This document shows positions 48,167 to 64,000 of a stretch of DNA of 64,000 nt, in pieces. How positions within the stretch are numbered: position 1 is the first letter of the stretch; every line of letters starts with the position of its first letter. The stretch spans positions 19,070 to 83,069 of the forward strand of contig JADZCN010000075.1 of assembly GCA_020851565.1 (NCBI GenBank), in the 5' to 3' direction. The stretch is from Acidobacteriota bacterium. Lineage in GTDB: Bacteria > Acidobacteriota > Vicinamibacteria > Vicinamibacterales > UBA2999. Below the pieces are notes generated by a model. It was not told the DNA's origin, did no database searches, and saw nothing but the letters and a program-made list of their open reading frames with translations. Both the position numbers and the translations under genes were made by a program.

Positions 48167-49585
48167 TCAGAACTGGAAGTAGATGAAGTCAGCCGTCCCT
48201 GCGTACAGCGTGACGATGCCGTAGACCATGAACGCGGCCAGGACGGCGCGTGCCGCAGGGCCGGGCTCGTGCACCCACCCGCGCTCGCGCATCCAGGTGA
48301 AGACGTGCTGCGCGACCAGCGGCGCGAGGAACAGCAGGCCCACCCACTCCATCCGCCCCAGCGTCCAGCCTTCCAGCTCTCCGAAGTTGGCCAGGAACTG
48401 CGTGGCGTCGCCGAATCGGCGGCTGCGGAAGAAGACCCAGGCCGTCAGCACGAGGGCCTGGACCACCACGAACCATGTGGCCCGCACCACCCAGCGTCCT
48501 CGCCACCCGCGGTCGTCGTGCAGGCCCAGGAGCCGCTCGACCGCCAGGGCTCCGCCGTGCAGCGCGCCCCAGATGATGAAGGTGTAGGCGGCGCCGTGCC
48601 AGAGCCCGCCGAGCAGCATCACCAGTATCAGGTTCACGTAGGTGCGGACAGGGCCGCGCCGGTTGCCACCGAGCGAGATGTAGAGGTAGTCGCGCAGCCA
48701 GCGCGACAGCGTCATGTGCCAGCGCTCCCAGAAGTTCTTGAACGACGCCGCCAGGTACGGCGCATTGAAGTTGATCGGCAGGCGGTAGCCCAGCAGGTAG
48801 GCCGCCCCGCGCGCGATGTTCGAATAGCCCGCGAAGTCCGCGAAGATCTGTCCCGAGAACATCAGTGCCAGCCAGAGCGTGAAAGCGCTGCCGGCACCGG
48901 TCCGGATCCCGCGCTCCCAGTGCTCGTCCACGTACACCGCGAGGTTGTCGGCGCAGACCATCTTCAGGAAGAAACCCGAGATGATGAGCCACAGCCCTTC
49001 GTAGACGACCACACGCCGGATCCGGCGCGGGCGCGGCATCTGCGGCAGGAACTCCGCCGCGCGGACGATGGGCCCGGCCACCAGCTGCGGAAAGAAGCTG
49101 ATGAACAGGAAGAACGGCCAGAAGCGGCGAATGGGCGCCAGCACGCCGCGGTAGACGTCGATGGTGTACGACATCGACTGGAACGTGTAGAAGCTGATGC
49201 CCATCGGGAGCGCGAGGCCCAGCTCCGCCGGCAGCGCGCCGGCCCCCTCCCCCAGCACGTCCCGCGCCACGTCGAGGAAGAAGTCCGCGTACTTGAAGAA
49301 CGCCAGCAGGCCGAGATTGGTGGTGAGCGACAGCGCCAGCACCGCGCGGCGCCGCCCGAGCGCGGCCGGATCGAGGCGGGCCAGCGCGAGCCCGGCCCAG
49401 TAGTCGATCACCGAGCTCAGGACGAGGATGCCGATGTAGACCGGGATGTGCCACGCGTAGAAGGTCGCGCTCGCCACGATGAGCAGCGCCACATACGCCG
49501 GCTCGACCTTACGGCGGCCGATGGTGATGCGCGCGGCGAAGACCACCGCGAACAGGGCCACGAACGCCCACGACACGAAGTTCAC
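48167..49585 (-). CDS. MBOAT O-acyltransferase (AlgI/PatA-like)
   Basis: LPMGISFYTFQ, FFPQLVAGPI, DFAGYS, FWERWHMTLSRWLRDYLY, GLWHGA. Confidence 0.93.
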   Translation of the reverse strand: MNFVSWAFVALFAVVFAARITIGRRKVEPAYVALLIVASATFYAWHIPVYIGILVLSSVIDYWAGLALARLDPAALGRRRAVLALSLTTNLGLLAFFKYADFFLDVARDVLGEGAGALPAELGLALPMGISFYTFQSMSYTIDVYRGVLAPIRRFWPFFLFISFFPQLVAGPIVRAAEFLPQMPRPRRIRRVVVYEGLWLIISGFFLKMVCADNLAVYVDEHWERGIRTGAGSAFTLWLALMFSGQIFADFAGYSNIARGAAYLLGYRLPINFNAPYLAASFKNFWERWHMTLSRWLRDYLYISLGGNRRGPVRTYVNLILVMLLGGLWHGAAYTFIIWGALHGGALAVERLLGLHDDRGWRGRWVVRATWFVVVQALVLTAWVFFRSRRFGDATQFLANFGELEGWTLGRMEWVGLLFLAPLVAQHVFTWMRERGWVHEPGPAARAVLAAFMVYGIVTLYAGTADFIYFQF

Positions 49586-50580
49586 GGGACGACGCGCTCC
49601 AGCTCCCGGATGAACGCCTGGGACCACGCAACAGCCGATGGCTCGTCGAGATGGTCGTCGTCTTCGGTCCGAAGGCCCGGGGGCGTGGCCATGACGAAGG
49701 GCACGCCGAGCAGCTCGGCGAAGAGCGCCGGGCCTCCGCCGAGCGGGCGCGACGTGGGCACATAGGTCAGAACAAGTCGTGCCCCACGCCGGTCCATGGC
49801 GGCTTTGAACCGCCGCGCGGCCTCGACCTCGCGATTCGAGAGTGGCGGCTCGTGGAGTGGGCGGCTTTCCACCCGCCGGAGGCCTTCTGCCCACGGTGAG
49901 AGGTACCACGTGCCGTTGGTGCGCGAGCGGTAGATGACCAGTTCCTGGCGCCACGGGAAGCCGGGGCGGCCGAACAGGTCCACCCAGTTCGGCACGAGCT
50001 GATGGATCACCCGCCGAACCTCGTGCCCGATCTCCGATTCGGACTGGAGTTGCCGGGCCCCGATGGCCGTGTCGGACCGGACCGCACGCGCGAAGTCCGA
50101 GTAGGCGCCCGTGAAGAAGCCGTCGGCGTTGACGATGACGAGTCGCGGGCGGAGGTCGAATTTCTCGATGATGTCCAGCGGGAACCGGTCGCCCTCACGG
50201 AAGCCGAACCCGAGCACGTAGTATCGCTGCCCCCGCGCCTCGAAGAAGGGATCCAGCACGCGTCGGCGCGCGGCGAACATCAGGCGCGAATTGCCCAGGA
50301 GCAGCACGTCGGCCCGGCGGAGGTGCCCCAGAGCTTCGTCGTCGGTGCCGAAGTAGAGGACGTGGTGGTCCGCATGACCGGCGCGGTCGAGGGCCAGGTA
50401 GTAGTCGTCGGACGGCCGACCGGCCTTCGTGATGTTCGCGCCCTGCCCCATGTCCGGGCGGCTCGCCCAGAGGCCGGCGGTCACGGCGACCAGCAGGCCG
50501 AGGATGCAGGCGAACAGGAGCGCGGGATCGAGGGAAGGCGGGGCCTGGTGGCGTCGCGGCCGCGTCAAGATGCCTAGCAT
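49582..50580 (-). CDS. Membrane-anchored SGNH-like partner (AlgJ/PatB/DltD-like)
   Basis: One TM; LLGNSR and DDDHL motifs; GTGA-coupled to the MBOAT gene; start uncertain. Confidence 0.65.
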   Translation of the reverse strand: MLGILTRPRRHQAPPSLDPALLFACILGLLVAVTAGLWASRPDMGQGANITKAGRPSDDYYLALDRAGHADHHVLYFGTDDEALGHLRRADVLLLGNSRLMFAARRRVLDPFFEARGQRYYVLGFGFREGDRFPLDIIEKFDLRPRLVIVNADGFFTGAYSDFARAVRSDTAIGARQLQSESEIGHEVRRVIHQLVPNWVDLFGRPGFPWRQELVIYRSRTNGTWYLSPWAEGLRRVESRPLHEPPLSNREVEAARRFKAAMDRRGARLVLTYVPTSRPLGGGPALFAELLGVPFVMATPPGLRTEDDDHLDEPSAVAWSQAFIRELERVVP

Positions 50581-50624
50581 CTTAATCCACCGCGGCCGTG
50601 GTCGCCCATCCACGCCGGGTCAGC

Positions 50625-50654
50625 ATTGACACGACCCGTATCAAGCCCTACACT
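50625..50654 (+). promoter_or_regulatory. Sigma70 promoter TTGACA-N17-TACACT with overlapping HAIR-like operator
   Basis: ATTGACA-N7-TATCAAG (50625-50645) compared with the HAIR consensus CTTGAGT-N7-ACTCAAG; GTG start 6 nt after the -10. Confidence 0.75.
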
Positions 50655-50660
50655 CGAAAT

Positions 50661-51014
50661 GTGTCAAGTTCAGAGCTCATTTTCATCTCGATGGCGGCGC
50701 GGCTGCTCGACATGCACCCGCAGACCCTCCGGAAGTACGAGCGCCTGGGCCTGGTACGCCCGGCTCGGACGCTGGGCAGCATGCGCCTCTACTCCGCGGA
50801 GGAGATCGAGCGGCTGCGCTTCATCAAGCGCCTTGTCGAAGACGAGGGCGTGAACCTCGCAGGGGTGCAGCACCTGCTCTCGATCGCCGAGGTCATGCAG
50901 CGCATTCGCCCGCTGCTCGACGAGGCGCTCATCCAGCGCGACCCGTCTCGACGGCGCCGGCTCATGCGCGAGCTGGCCCAGCTCAACCACCGGCTCGGGC
51001 TGGACGAGGCCTGA
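50661..51014 (+). CDS. hspR: MerR-family heat-shock repressor HspR
   Basis: ISMAARLLDMHPQTLRKYERLGL.P.RT....RLYS, GVNLAGV; heads a chaperone operon. Confidence 0.85.
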   Translation: MSSSELIFISMAARLLDMHPQTLRKYERLGLVRPARTLGSMRLYSAEEIERLRFIKRLVEDEGVNLAGVQHLLSIAEVMQRIRPLLDEALIQRDPSRRRRLMRELAQLNHRLGLDEA

Positions 51015-51017
51015 GAC

Positions 51018-51995
51018 ATGGACTTCAAGGACTACTACTCCGTCCTCGGCGTCTCGAAGACCGCCAGCGAGAAGGAGATCAAGCAGGCCTTCCGGAAGCT
51101 CGCCCGCAAGTACCACCCCGACGTGAACCCCGGCGACAAGGGCGCCGAGGCGCGCTTCAAGGAGATCAACGAGGCCAACGAGGTGCTGAGCGATCCGGAG
51201 AAGCGCCGGAAGTACGACGAGCTGGGCGCGAACTGGCGCCAGTACGAGTCGGCCGCCGGGGCGGGCGGGCCCTTCGGCGGCGGGGCCGGCCAGTGGCAGT
51301 GGAACACCGGCGGCGGCGGGTTCCGCACGATGACCGAGGAGGAGATGTCGGAGATGTTCGGCGGAGGGGAGAGCCCCTTCTCGGACTTCTTCAACACGTT
51401 CTTCGGCGGTGGCGGCGATCGGCGCGGCGAGCGGCGGGGGCGGGGACGCGCCCGGCAGCAGAAGGGCCGGGACATCGAGCACGAGCTCGAGCTGGACCTC
51501 GAGTCGGCGGCCCAGGGCAGCGTGCAGCGGCTCCAGCTGAGGCACGACGGCGAGGCCCGTTCCGTGGAGGTGCGGATTCCCCCCGGCGTGGCCGACGGCT
51601 CGCGCGTTCGCGTGCCGGGCGAAGGCGGGCGCGGCGCGGGCGGCGCCGGCAGCGGCGACCTCTACCTGCGCGTCCGCCTCAGGCCGCACCCGGCGTTCCA
51701 GGTGAACGGCCGGGACCTGACGACGCGCGTGAGCGTGCCGGTGAGCACGGCGGTGCTGGGCGGCGAGGTGGGCGTGGTCACGCTGGGAGGCAAGACCGTG
51801 CGCGTCAAGGTGCCTGAGACGAGCCAGCCCGGCATGAAGCTGCGCCTTCGCGGCCTGGGGCTTCCGGCGCTCAGCCCGAAGGACGCCCCCGGGGATCTCT
51901 ACGTCGTCATCGACGTGGCCCTCCCCCGCTCGCTCACCGACGCGACGCGGAAGGCGTACGAGGAACTGGCCCGCCTCGAAAGCACGAGAACCTGA
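51018..51995 (+). CDS. cbpA: Class B J-domain co-chaperone (CbpA/DnaJ without Zn finger)
   Basis: DYYSVLG...YHPDVN J-domain, G/F region, C-terminal domain, no CxxCxGxG. Confidence 0.85.
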   Translation: MDFKDYYSVLGVSKTASEKEIKQAFRKLARKYHPDVNPGDKGAEARFKEINEANEVLSDPEKRRKYDELGANWRQYESAAGAGGPFGGGAGQWQWNTGGGGFRTMTEEEMSEMFGGGESPFSDFFNTFFGGGGDRRGERRGRGRARQQKGRDIEHELELDLESAAQGSVQRLQLRHDGEARSVEVRIPPGVADGSRVRVPGEGGRGAGGAGSGDLYLRVRLRPHPAFQVNGRDLTTRVSVPVSTAVLGGEVGVVTLGGKTVRVKVPETSQPGMKLRLRGLGLPALSPKDAPGDLYVVIDVALPRSLTDATRKAYEELARLESTRT

Positions 51996-52017
51996 GAACC
52001 CGAGAACCTGAGAACCT
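51986..52017. repeat. Octamer repeat GAGAACC(T/C) x4
   Basis: Fills the cbpA-clpB gap up to 3 nt before the clpB ATG. Confidence 0.8.
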
Positions 52018-52020
52018 GCA

Positions 52021-54627
<2,607 letters not shown>

Positions 54628-54638
54628 GGAGTATCTGT

Positions 54639-56492
<1,854 letters not shown>

Positions 56493-56495
56493 CGC

Positions 56496-57689
56496 ATGCC
56501 GCACCCCGAACGCTGCTTTCGGATGCTCTCGTTCCTGACACTCGCGGCCGGCCTGCTCCTGCAGCCGGCCGCGGCCGTCGCCGGCCAGGCGACGCCGCCT
56601 CCTTCCCAACCGGCCCCTCTCTGTGCCGTCGCAGTTGAAGCGGATTATGCCCGCACGCCCGAGAACCCTGCGAGGGTCGGAGGCAGCCCGCTCTACGGCG
56701 CCGCTCGCCAGCGCCGGTACCTGGAATCGCTGCGCGGGCCGCAGGGGCAACCGGTGACCTTCAAGCGGCTGCCGGGGGTGGACTCGCCCGATGGCGAGAC
56801 CATCATCGACCGGTACGACGTGACCTACGAGGGACTCGAAAAGGCCGAGACGTTGTTCCTGGACTGGTATCACTACACCGACTTGCGCGCGCCGCGCGGG
56901 TTCGTGTGCGGGCAGGCGTTCAACCTCGGGCTGCCCCCGCCGGACCCCTTCATGGCGGCGGACCAGTTGCAGCGCCTCGCGCTGGCCGACGCGGCGGCCC
57001 CGGACTTCGCGCCCACGCCCATCGAGCTCGGCGGTGGCGCCGCCGGCGTCGCCTTCGATCACTACAGGCTGGTGGCCAGGGCCGCGCACGCGGCCCGGCA
57101 GGCCGGCGCCCCGTTCGTGGCGGGCGAGGTGCCCGAGGCGGTGTCGCGCCCTCACTCCGTCATCGTGGCGTTCCCCCGGGCGTGCGAGGGCGGCGCCCGG
57201 ACCGCCGGCGCCATCGTTCTCGAGGATCCACGCGGCCGGCAGATGCCGGCCGAGTCGCTGCACACGCGCGCCGAGGAGATAGCGCGGCTCGTGCCCGGTC
57301 TGCAGGCGCCGACGGGCAGCGTCGTTGGGCTGTTCCAGCTGGACGGCCCGCGTGCGGGTCTCACCGTGAAGGTGACCTACCCTGACGCCTGCTCGGGCAC
57401 CACCGAAGAGCGCAGCCTCGAGCTGACGTCTTCGGGAGCGAAGCTCCTCGAGTCGCCGATGCCGACGCGGCCAGCCGGCGACGCGGGCATCGGCGCGTGG
57501 GTTGCCGTGCAGGCGATCGTGGACCACACCGGCCGCTTCCGCGAAGCCACGGCACTCGGCGGCCCGCCCGAGCTCGCCCAGGCCGCCGTCGAGGTGCTGG
57601 CCCGATGGCGGGCCGAGCCCCCGCGGGTGAACGGCGCTCCCCTCGCATCGCCGGTCGTCCTGCGGCTGACCTTCGAGCGCGCCCCGTAG
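56496..57689 (+). CDS. Secreted hypothetical protein with C-terminal TonB-C-like region
   Basis: Signal peptide; YLESLRGPQGQPV...APRGF N-domain; AAVEVLARWRAEPPRVNGAP tail. Confidence 0.65.
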   Translation: MPHPERCFRMLSFLTLAAGLLLQPAAAVAGQATPPPSQPAPLCAVAVEADYARTPENPARVGGSPLYGAARQRRYLESLRGPQGQPVTFKRLPGVDSPDGETIIDRYDVTYEGLEKAETLFLDWYHYTDLRAPRGFVCGQAFNLGLPPPDPFMAADQLQRLALADAAAPDFAPTPIELGGGAAGVAFDHYRLVARAAHAARQAGAPFVAGEVPEAVSRPHSVIVAFPRACEGGARTAGAIVLEDPRGRQMPAESLHTRAEEIARLVPGLQAPTGSVVGLFQLDGPRAGLTVKVTYPDACSGTTEERSLELTSSGAKLLESPMPTRPAGDAGIGAWVAVQAIVDHTGRFREATALGGPPELAQAAVEVLARWRAEPPRVNGAPLASPVVLRLTFERAP

Positions 57690-57747
57690 GCCGGGCCGCG
57701 CGGTCCCTTTGAAGGAACCTTCTCCTCGCGCCCCACGTAGGGTATTT

Positions 57748-57764
57748 TGTCTGCATTGCAGACA
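57748..57764. promoter_or_regulatory. Palindrome TGTCTGCA-T-TGCAGACA, candidate PadR operator
   Basis: Perfect 8-bp arms overlapping TATTTT, about 95 bp upstream of padR. Confidence 0.55.
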
Positions 57765-57859
57765 TCTGCGATCGTGTCGGGACGGAACCACGCGACGGGA
57801 GGGGAACCCCGCCGGGAGGGCCATCGCGACAGGATCCCCCGACAACAACGGAGTCGCGA

Positions 57860-58195
57860 ATGCCGCCGAAGACACCCTACCTGGGGGAGTTCGAATACGC
57901 CGTATTGCTGGCAGTCGTCCGCCTGGGTGACGAGGCCTACGCGGTACCGATGCGCGAGCTGATCGAGGACCGCACCGGACGGCCCGTGGCGCGTGGCGCG
58001 CTCTATACCGCGCTCGAGCGGCTCGAGGCCAAGGGGTGCCTGCGATCCCGCATGGGCGACCCGACGCCGGAGCGTGGCGGGCGCGCCCGCCGCTACTTCT
58101 CGGTCACTCCGCTTGGCCTGCGCGCGTTGAAGAGCACGCACGCGGCCTTTGCCAGCCTGACCAAGGGCCTCGAGGCGGTCCTGGAGCAGCCATGA
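57860..58195 (+). CDS. PadR family transcriptional regulator
   Basis: LGEFEYAVLLA, GALYTALERLEAKG, ERGGRARRYF. Confidence 0.93.
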   Translation: MPPKTPYLGEFEYAVLLAVVRLGDEAYAVPMRELIEDRTGRPVARGALYTALERLEAKGCLRSRMGDPTPERGGRARRYFSVTPLGLRALKSTHAAFASLTKGLEAVLEQP

Positions 58196-60882
58196 GCGCG
58201 CCGCACCTGCCCCCCGCCTTCGCGGAGTCAATGCTCCGCCGGTCGATCGCGAATCCCGAGTGGCGTGATGCCGTCTCTGGTGACCTGCACGAGGAGTTCG
58301 TCGAGATGTCACGCCGGCACGGCGCAGCCGCGGCACGCCGGTGGTACTGGCGCCAGGCCTGCGGCCTCACGCTCCGCTTCTCCACCAGCCGGCTCATCCC
58401 GATGGCCGCGCCGCGGCGGCCGATGTCGGTGCCCGATCCCGACATGGACGGGCGCAGCGGGTGGACGTGGCTGAGCGACGGCCGGCATGCCCTCCGCGCG
58501 CTGGTCGCGCGCCCGGCGCTGTCGGGCGCGGTCATCCTGACGCTGGCGCTCGCCCTGGCGGCCAACGCCACGATCTTCAACCTGGCGGACGCGCTCTACC
58601 TGCGGCCCTTCCGCTTCGCCGGGGTCGATCGCCTGGTCGTCGTCGCGTCGGCCCCGGAGAACGATCCGCTCGCCGACCGCTCCTCGGTGGCGCCCGCGGA
58701 TTATCGCGAATGGGTGGACGCCAGCACGACCCTGACGGAGTTCGCGGCGGCGGACTTCTGGGATCCGAACCTCTCGGAGATCGACGAGCCGGAGCAGCTG
58801 GCCGGGTTCCGCGTCACCCCGGCGTTCTTCCGCGCCATCGGGGCCACACCAGCGCTGGGGCGGACGTTCCTCGACGAGGAGACCGTCCCGGGCGGTGACC
58901 GGCGCGTGATCCTCTCCCACGGGCTCTGGATGCGGCGGTTCGGCGGTGACCCCACGATAGTGGGCCGTCACATCCGCCTGAACGGCGAGCCGCACGAGGT
59001 GGTCGGGATCATGCAGCCGGGCCCGTCCATCCCTTACGGGGCCGAGGTGTGGGCTCCGCTGGCCTATACCGAAGAGGAATGGCAGGAGCGCCGGCGCGGC
59101 TGGTTGCTGGTGGTGGCCCGCCTGGGCGCCGGCCAGAGCGTGGGCACGGCGCGTGCCGAAATGGAGGCCATCGTCGCGCGGCAGCGGCAGGCGTTCCCGG
59201 AGACCCACGCGACGCGCGAGGTGTCGGTGACGGGCTTCATCCAGGGCATGCGCGATGCTGGCGCCGGCCCGTTCCTGGGCATCTGGCAGGCCGCGGCCCT
59301 GCTGCTGCTGCTGATCGCCTCGGCCAACATCGCGAACCTGCTGATGGCGCGCGGCACCGAACGGCAGCAGGAGTTCGCGGTGCGCCTCGCGCTCGGCGCA
59401 GGTCGCTGGCGGCTCGGGCTGCAGGTGATGTTCGAAGGCGCCTGGCTGGCGGTGCTCTCCATCGCGCTGGCGCTTCCGCTGGCCGCGCTCGGCGTCGAGG
59501 GCATGCGCCGCGGCCTGCCGCCGAGCGTGCTCCGCTGGGTGGCGGGCTACGAGTTCATGCACGTGGACTGGGCCGTGCTCGGCGTCACGGCGTTGCTGGG
59601 GGCCGCGGCGACGTTGTTCTTCTCCCTGATGCCGGCCGTGCAGGCCTCGAGAGCGGCGCTCTCCGACAGCCTGCGCCAGGGCGGGCGCACCACGACCGTC
59701 GGCCGCAGCCGGCGGTGGCTCGGCACGGCGCTCGCTGCCGGCCAGGTGGCGCTGACGCTCGCCCTCGTCGTCGGCTCGGTGCTGATCCTCGGCGCCGTGG
59801 ACGCCGCGGTCAACGGCGTGCTGGGCTTCGACAAGCAGCACGTCATGACGGCCAGCCTCACCCTGCCCGAGCGGCCCTATGCCGACCCGGAGGCCAGGCG
59901 CCAGTTCGTCGCGCGCGTGCTGGGCCGCCTGCGTGGCATGCCGGCGGTCGAGTCGCTGGGCGTCGTCAGCTTCCTGCCGTATGCCGGGACGAGCTCGTCA
60001 CGCCCCATCCACCCGGAGGGCGTGGAGCTCACGCCGGCCGAGGTTCGGCAGGCCGACTTCCAGCGGGCGACGCCCGCCTACTTCGAGGCGATGCGGATTC
60101 CCGTGCTCGAGGGGCGCGGCCTGACGGACGCGGACCGGGCGGAGAGCCGGCCGGTCGCGGTGGTCAGCCGGAGCTTCGCGGATCGCTACTGGCCCGGACA
60201 GCCCGCCATCGGCCGGCGGTTCCGGATTGCGCCCGAGGCGCCGTGGGTCGAGGTCGTAGGAGTGTCCGGGGACATCATGCACGACTGGTTCATGAACCAG
60301 CGCCGGCCGACGTTCTATCGGCCCTACGCGCAGGACCCGTCGCTGACGATGTCGATCGTGGTGCGAACGACGGGGGACCCGCTCCACGTCGCCGGCGAGC
60401 TGCGCCGCGCGGTGACCGCCGCCGATCCCGATCAGCCGGTCCTCCAGCTGCGATCCATGGAACGGGTGGTCGCCGACAAGGTCGGCGGGGTCAACTACCT
60501 GGCACGCGCGCTGGCGGCGATGGGGGGCATTGCGCTGCTGCTGGCGCTCATGGGCGTCTACAGCCTCATCGCCTACCTTGCCGCCCGCCGCACGCAGGAA
60601 ATCGGCGTGCGGATGGCGCTCGGCGCCACCCGGTGGCAGGTGATTGCGCTGAACATCCGCCAGGCGCTGGTCATCACGGGACTCGGGCTGGCCGTGGGCA
60701 CGGTCCTGGCCGTGGCGCTGGGGAAGCTGATGTCGTCGGCCCTGTTCGGCCTCGTGTCGCTCGAGCCCCTGCCCGTCGCCGTGATGGTGGTCGCCCTCGG
60801 CCTCACGGCCCTGGTGGCCGGCTACCTCCCCGCGCGCAAAGCCGCGGATCTGGATCCGACGACGGCGCTCAGAACCCCGTAG
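58192..60882 (+). CDS. ADOP-type duplicated MacB/FtsX ABC permease
   Basis: GDLHEEF prefix; two MacB-PCD/FtsX repeats (EFAVRLALGA, EIGVRMALGA); ATGA-coupled to padR. Confidence 0.92.
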   Translation: MSAPHLPPAFAESMLRRSIANPEWRDAVSGDLHEEFVEMSRRHGAAAARRWYWRQACGLTLRFSTSRLIPMAAPRRPMSVPDPDMDGRSGWTWLSDGRHALRALVARPALSGAVILTLALALAANATIFNLADALYLRPFRFAGVDRLVVVASAPENDPLADRSSVAPADYREWVDASTTLTEFAAADFWDPNLSEIDEPEQLAGFRVTPAFFRAIGATPALGRTFLDEETVPGGDRRVILSHGLWMRRFGGDPTIVGRHIRLNGEPHEVVGIMQPGPSIPYGAEVWAPLAYTEEEWQERRRGWLLVVARLGAGQSVGTARAEMEAIVARQRQAFPETHATREVSVTGFIQGMRDAGAGPFLGIWQAAALLLLLIASANIANLLMARGTERQQEFAVRLALGAGRWRLGLQVMFEGAWLAVLSIALALPLAALGVEGMRRGLPPSVLRWVAGYEFMHVDWAVLGVTALLGAAATLFFSLMPAVQASRAALSDSLRQGGRTTTVGRSRRWLGTALAAGQVALTLALVVGSVLILGAVDAAVNGVLGFDKQHVMTASLTLPERPYADPEARRQFVARVLGRLRGMPAVESLGVVSFLPYAGTSSSRPIHPEGVELTPAEVRQADFQRATPAYFEAMRIPVLEGRGLTDADRAESRPVAVVSRSFADRYWPGQPAIGRRFRIAPEAPWVEVVGVSGDIMHDWFMNQRRPTFYRPYAQDPSLTMSIVVRTTGDPLHVAGELRRAVTAADPDQPVLQLRSMERVVADKVGGVNYLARALAAMGGIALLLALMGVYSLIAYLAARRTQEIGVRMALGATRWQVIALNIRQALVITGLGLAVGTVLAVALGKLMSSALFGLVSLEPLPVAVMVVALGLTALVAGYLPARKAADLDPTTALRTP

Positions 60883-60891
60883 CGGAAAGAA

Positions 60892-61032
60892 ACCACGAAG
60901 ACACGAAGGGCATCACGAAGGACACGAGGAACTCCATTCAGAGAGAACACTCGGGCTCTCCCCGGGAAGCCCCGGTCCGCCTGATCGGTCAGGTCTTCGT
61001 GTGCTTCGTGATTCCCTTCGTGTCTTCGTGGT
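60892..61032. repeat. Inverted CACGAAG-unit repeat (arms of about 40 bp) between convergent genes
   Basis: ACCACGAAGACACGAAGGGCATCACGAAGGACACGA pairs with 60993-61032 with few mismatches. Confidence 0.85.
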
Positions 61033-61039
61033 CTCTTCT

Positions 61040-61264
61040 TCAGGGCGTGGGGGGCGCGTTCGGACCCGGGGCGGCCTCGTCGGCCTGGAAGTTGCACTCC
61101 TTGTGCGACGCATCGCAGAAGGGCTTCCGCTTGGAGTGCCCGCAGCGGCAGAGCGCGAAGGGCTTCTTGTTGAGGACGTACTCGTTGCCGTTCCAGTCGA
61201 CGAGGCGCACATCCTCGCCCTCGACCAGCAACGACCCGTTCTGACGCACCTTGATCGTGATCAT
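61040..61264 (-). CDS. CDGSH iron-sulfur domain protein
   Basis: ALCRCGHSKRKPFCDASH. Confidence 0.93.
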   Translation of the reverse strand: MITIKVRQNGSLLVEGEDVRLVDWNGNEYVLNKKPFALCRCGHSKRKPFCDASHKECNFQADEAAPGPNAPPTP

Positions 61265-61266
61265 CC

Positions 61267-62628
<1,362 letters not shown>

Positions 62629-62635
62629 AGATCGT

Positions 62636-62716
62636 GGTTCTCGGGTTCGGGGGTTCTCGGGTTCCGGGAGCTTGAGGTTCGGAGTTCGGAGGTTCTGAGG
62701 TTCTGAGGTTCGCGGG
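62636..62716. repeat. Degenerate octamer repeat (GGTTCTCG/GGTTCTGA) in the rho leader
   Basis: About 10 units; on the rho strand they read GAACC-type C-rich units like those at 51986. Confidence 0.75.
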
Positions 62717-62888
62717 TGCTGTGGCCCGTTCGGCTCTGTCGTTCGGAGATTTGTCTGGTCTAAGGCTTCAGGAGGTGCCGGGGTCGTGCGGCTCGAAAGG
62801 TCGAACCCCGCGCATGAACGACGAGGGAGGCGAATCGGTGACCGGGTGAGTATAGCAGAACTGTCCCCGGGGCTAGAATGGGGGTTCC

Positions 62889-64000
62889 GTGCGTGGGCTC
62901 ACCCTGCCATTGCTGCTCCTGGCCGCCCTCACCTTCCTGGTGGGCCTCGGACGCGGCGCCATCACCGATGCCGACGAGGCCTTCTACGCCGAAGCGGCCC
63001 GGGAAATGGTGGAGTCGGGCGACTGGGTGACCCCCTTCTACAACCACGAGACCCGGTTCCAGAAGCCCATCCTCTACTACTGGCTGACCGCGGCCACTTA
63101 TGCCATCACCGGGGGGCCCGGCGAGGCCGGCGCACGGCTGTGGGCGGCCCTCTCGGGCATCGGCCTGGTGCTCGTCACCGCGGCCTGCGCGCGGCGCTGG
63201 TTCGACGATGGCGTGGCATTGCTGGCGGGCGCGATTGCCGCCACGAGCTTCGGCTACTTCTTCATCGGCCGGATGGCACTGCCGGACCTGCCACTCACGT
63301 TCTTCATCACGTTGGCCATCTGGGCCGGATGGGTGGCCACCCTGGAGCAGGTCAGGCAGCCCCGGCGATGGGTCCTGCTGTCGGCCGCTGCCATGGCGCT
63401 CGGCTTCCTGACGAAGGGCCCGGTCGGGGTCGTCATCCCGGTCCTCGTCCTGGTGCCCGTCGTGCTGATGGAGCGCAGATCCCTGAACCTTCGCCTCGCG
63501 GACATCGTCGCAGGGGCCGTGCTGTTCGTCGTGTTGGCCCTGCCCTGGTACGCCGCCATGTGGCTGCGTCACGGCGACGCCTATCTCGAAGGGTTCTTTC
63601 TCGGCGACAACCTGGAGCGCTTTGCCACGGACCGCTTCAACGATCCGCGGCCGTGGTGGTACTACCTGCCGGTGATGCTCGGCGGTCTCCTGCCCTGGAC
63701 CCCGCTGATGCTGGTCTGGGTGCATCCGGTGTGGCGGTTCCTCACCCGGCGCAAGGACATCGGGACCATCGACCTGCGGCTGCTGCTGTGGGCGGCGCTG
63801 CCCCTTCTTTTCTACTCGCTGTCGGTGGGCAAGCAACCGCGCTACATCCTGCCCGTGCTGCCGCCCCTGGCCATCCTGCTCTCGGCGTCCATCCTTGAGC
63901 GGACGCGCGACTGGCGGAGCCTGGACGGCGCGCGCGTCCGCCTGCGCCGCCCGCTGACGATTGCGCTCGGCGCGCTCGGCGCCGGCGGCTTGCTCATGCT
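62889..64000 (+). CDS. ArnT/GT39-like membrane glycosyltransferase (runs off window)
   Basis: Not in ORF track. GTG 62889; [38 protein letters not shown]. Confidence 0.9.
   Translation, partial: MRGLTLPLLLLAALTFLVGLGRGAITDADEAFYAEAAREMVESGDWVTPFYNHETRFQKPILYYWLTAATYAITGGPGEAGARLWAALSGIGLVLVTAACARRWFDDGVALLAGAIAATSFGYFFIGRMALPDLPLTFFITLAIWAGWVATLEQVRQPRRWVLLSAAAMALGFLTKGPVGVVIPVLVLVPVVLMERRSLNLRLADIVAGAVLFVVLALPWYAAMWLRHGDAYLEGFFLGDNLERFATDRFNDPRPWWYYLPVMLGGLLPWTPLMLVWVHPVWRFLTRRKDIGTIDLRLLLWAALPLLFYSLSVGKQPRYILPVLPPLAILLSASILERTRDWRSLDGARVRLRRPLTIALGALGAGGLLM

Overview
High-GC chromosomal window, most likely from an Acidobacteriota (Vicinamibacterales-like) genome; this is inferred from the PadR plus duplicated-permease pair and lineage-typical small wHTH and HExxH proteins. 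It holds about 60 CDS, two tRNAs (Arg-CCT, Pro-CGG) and housekeeping genes (apt, acyP, surE, truA, hspR-cbpA-clpB-ftsH, rho). The main observation is an accessory block at about 18.9-41.5 kb whose operons are preceded by seven copies of one ECF-type promoter motif, (T/G)G(A/T)A(A/T)C-N16/17-CATC. Six of them form three back-to-back divergent pairs, and an ECF sigma/ZAS anti-sigma pair sits inside the block, with a close paralog pair at 46.3 kb. The putative regulon joins a sugar-oxidation/redox arm (GMC, MIP, VOC, DM13-like, lactonase, GH63, SDRs, ferric reductase-Rieske) to a candidate amino-lipid module (YHS-DoxX-DinB-NRDE-DedA-ATP-grasp plus an OlsF-like acyltransferase), and parts of it are decaying. 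Other points: a WYL regulator facing a small Zn-ribbon gene across a PafBC-like promoter, tandem secreted S74-chaperone fibre proteins, many leaderless genes, several short-repeat families, and in-frame TAG codons in rho and the YHS gene that may be sequencing errors. All calls come from reading motifs by eye; no database searches were run.
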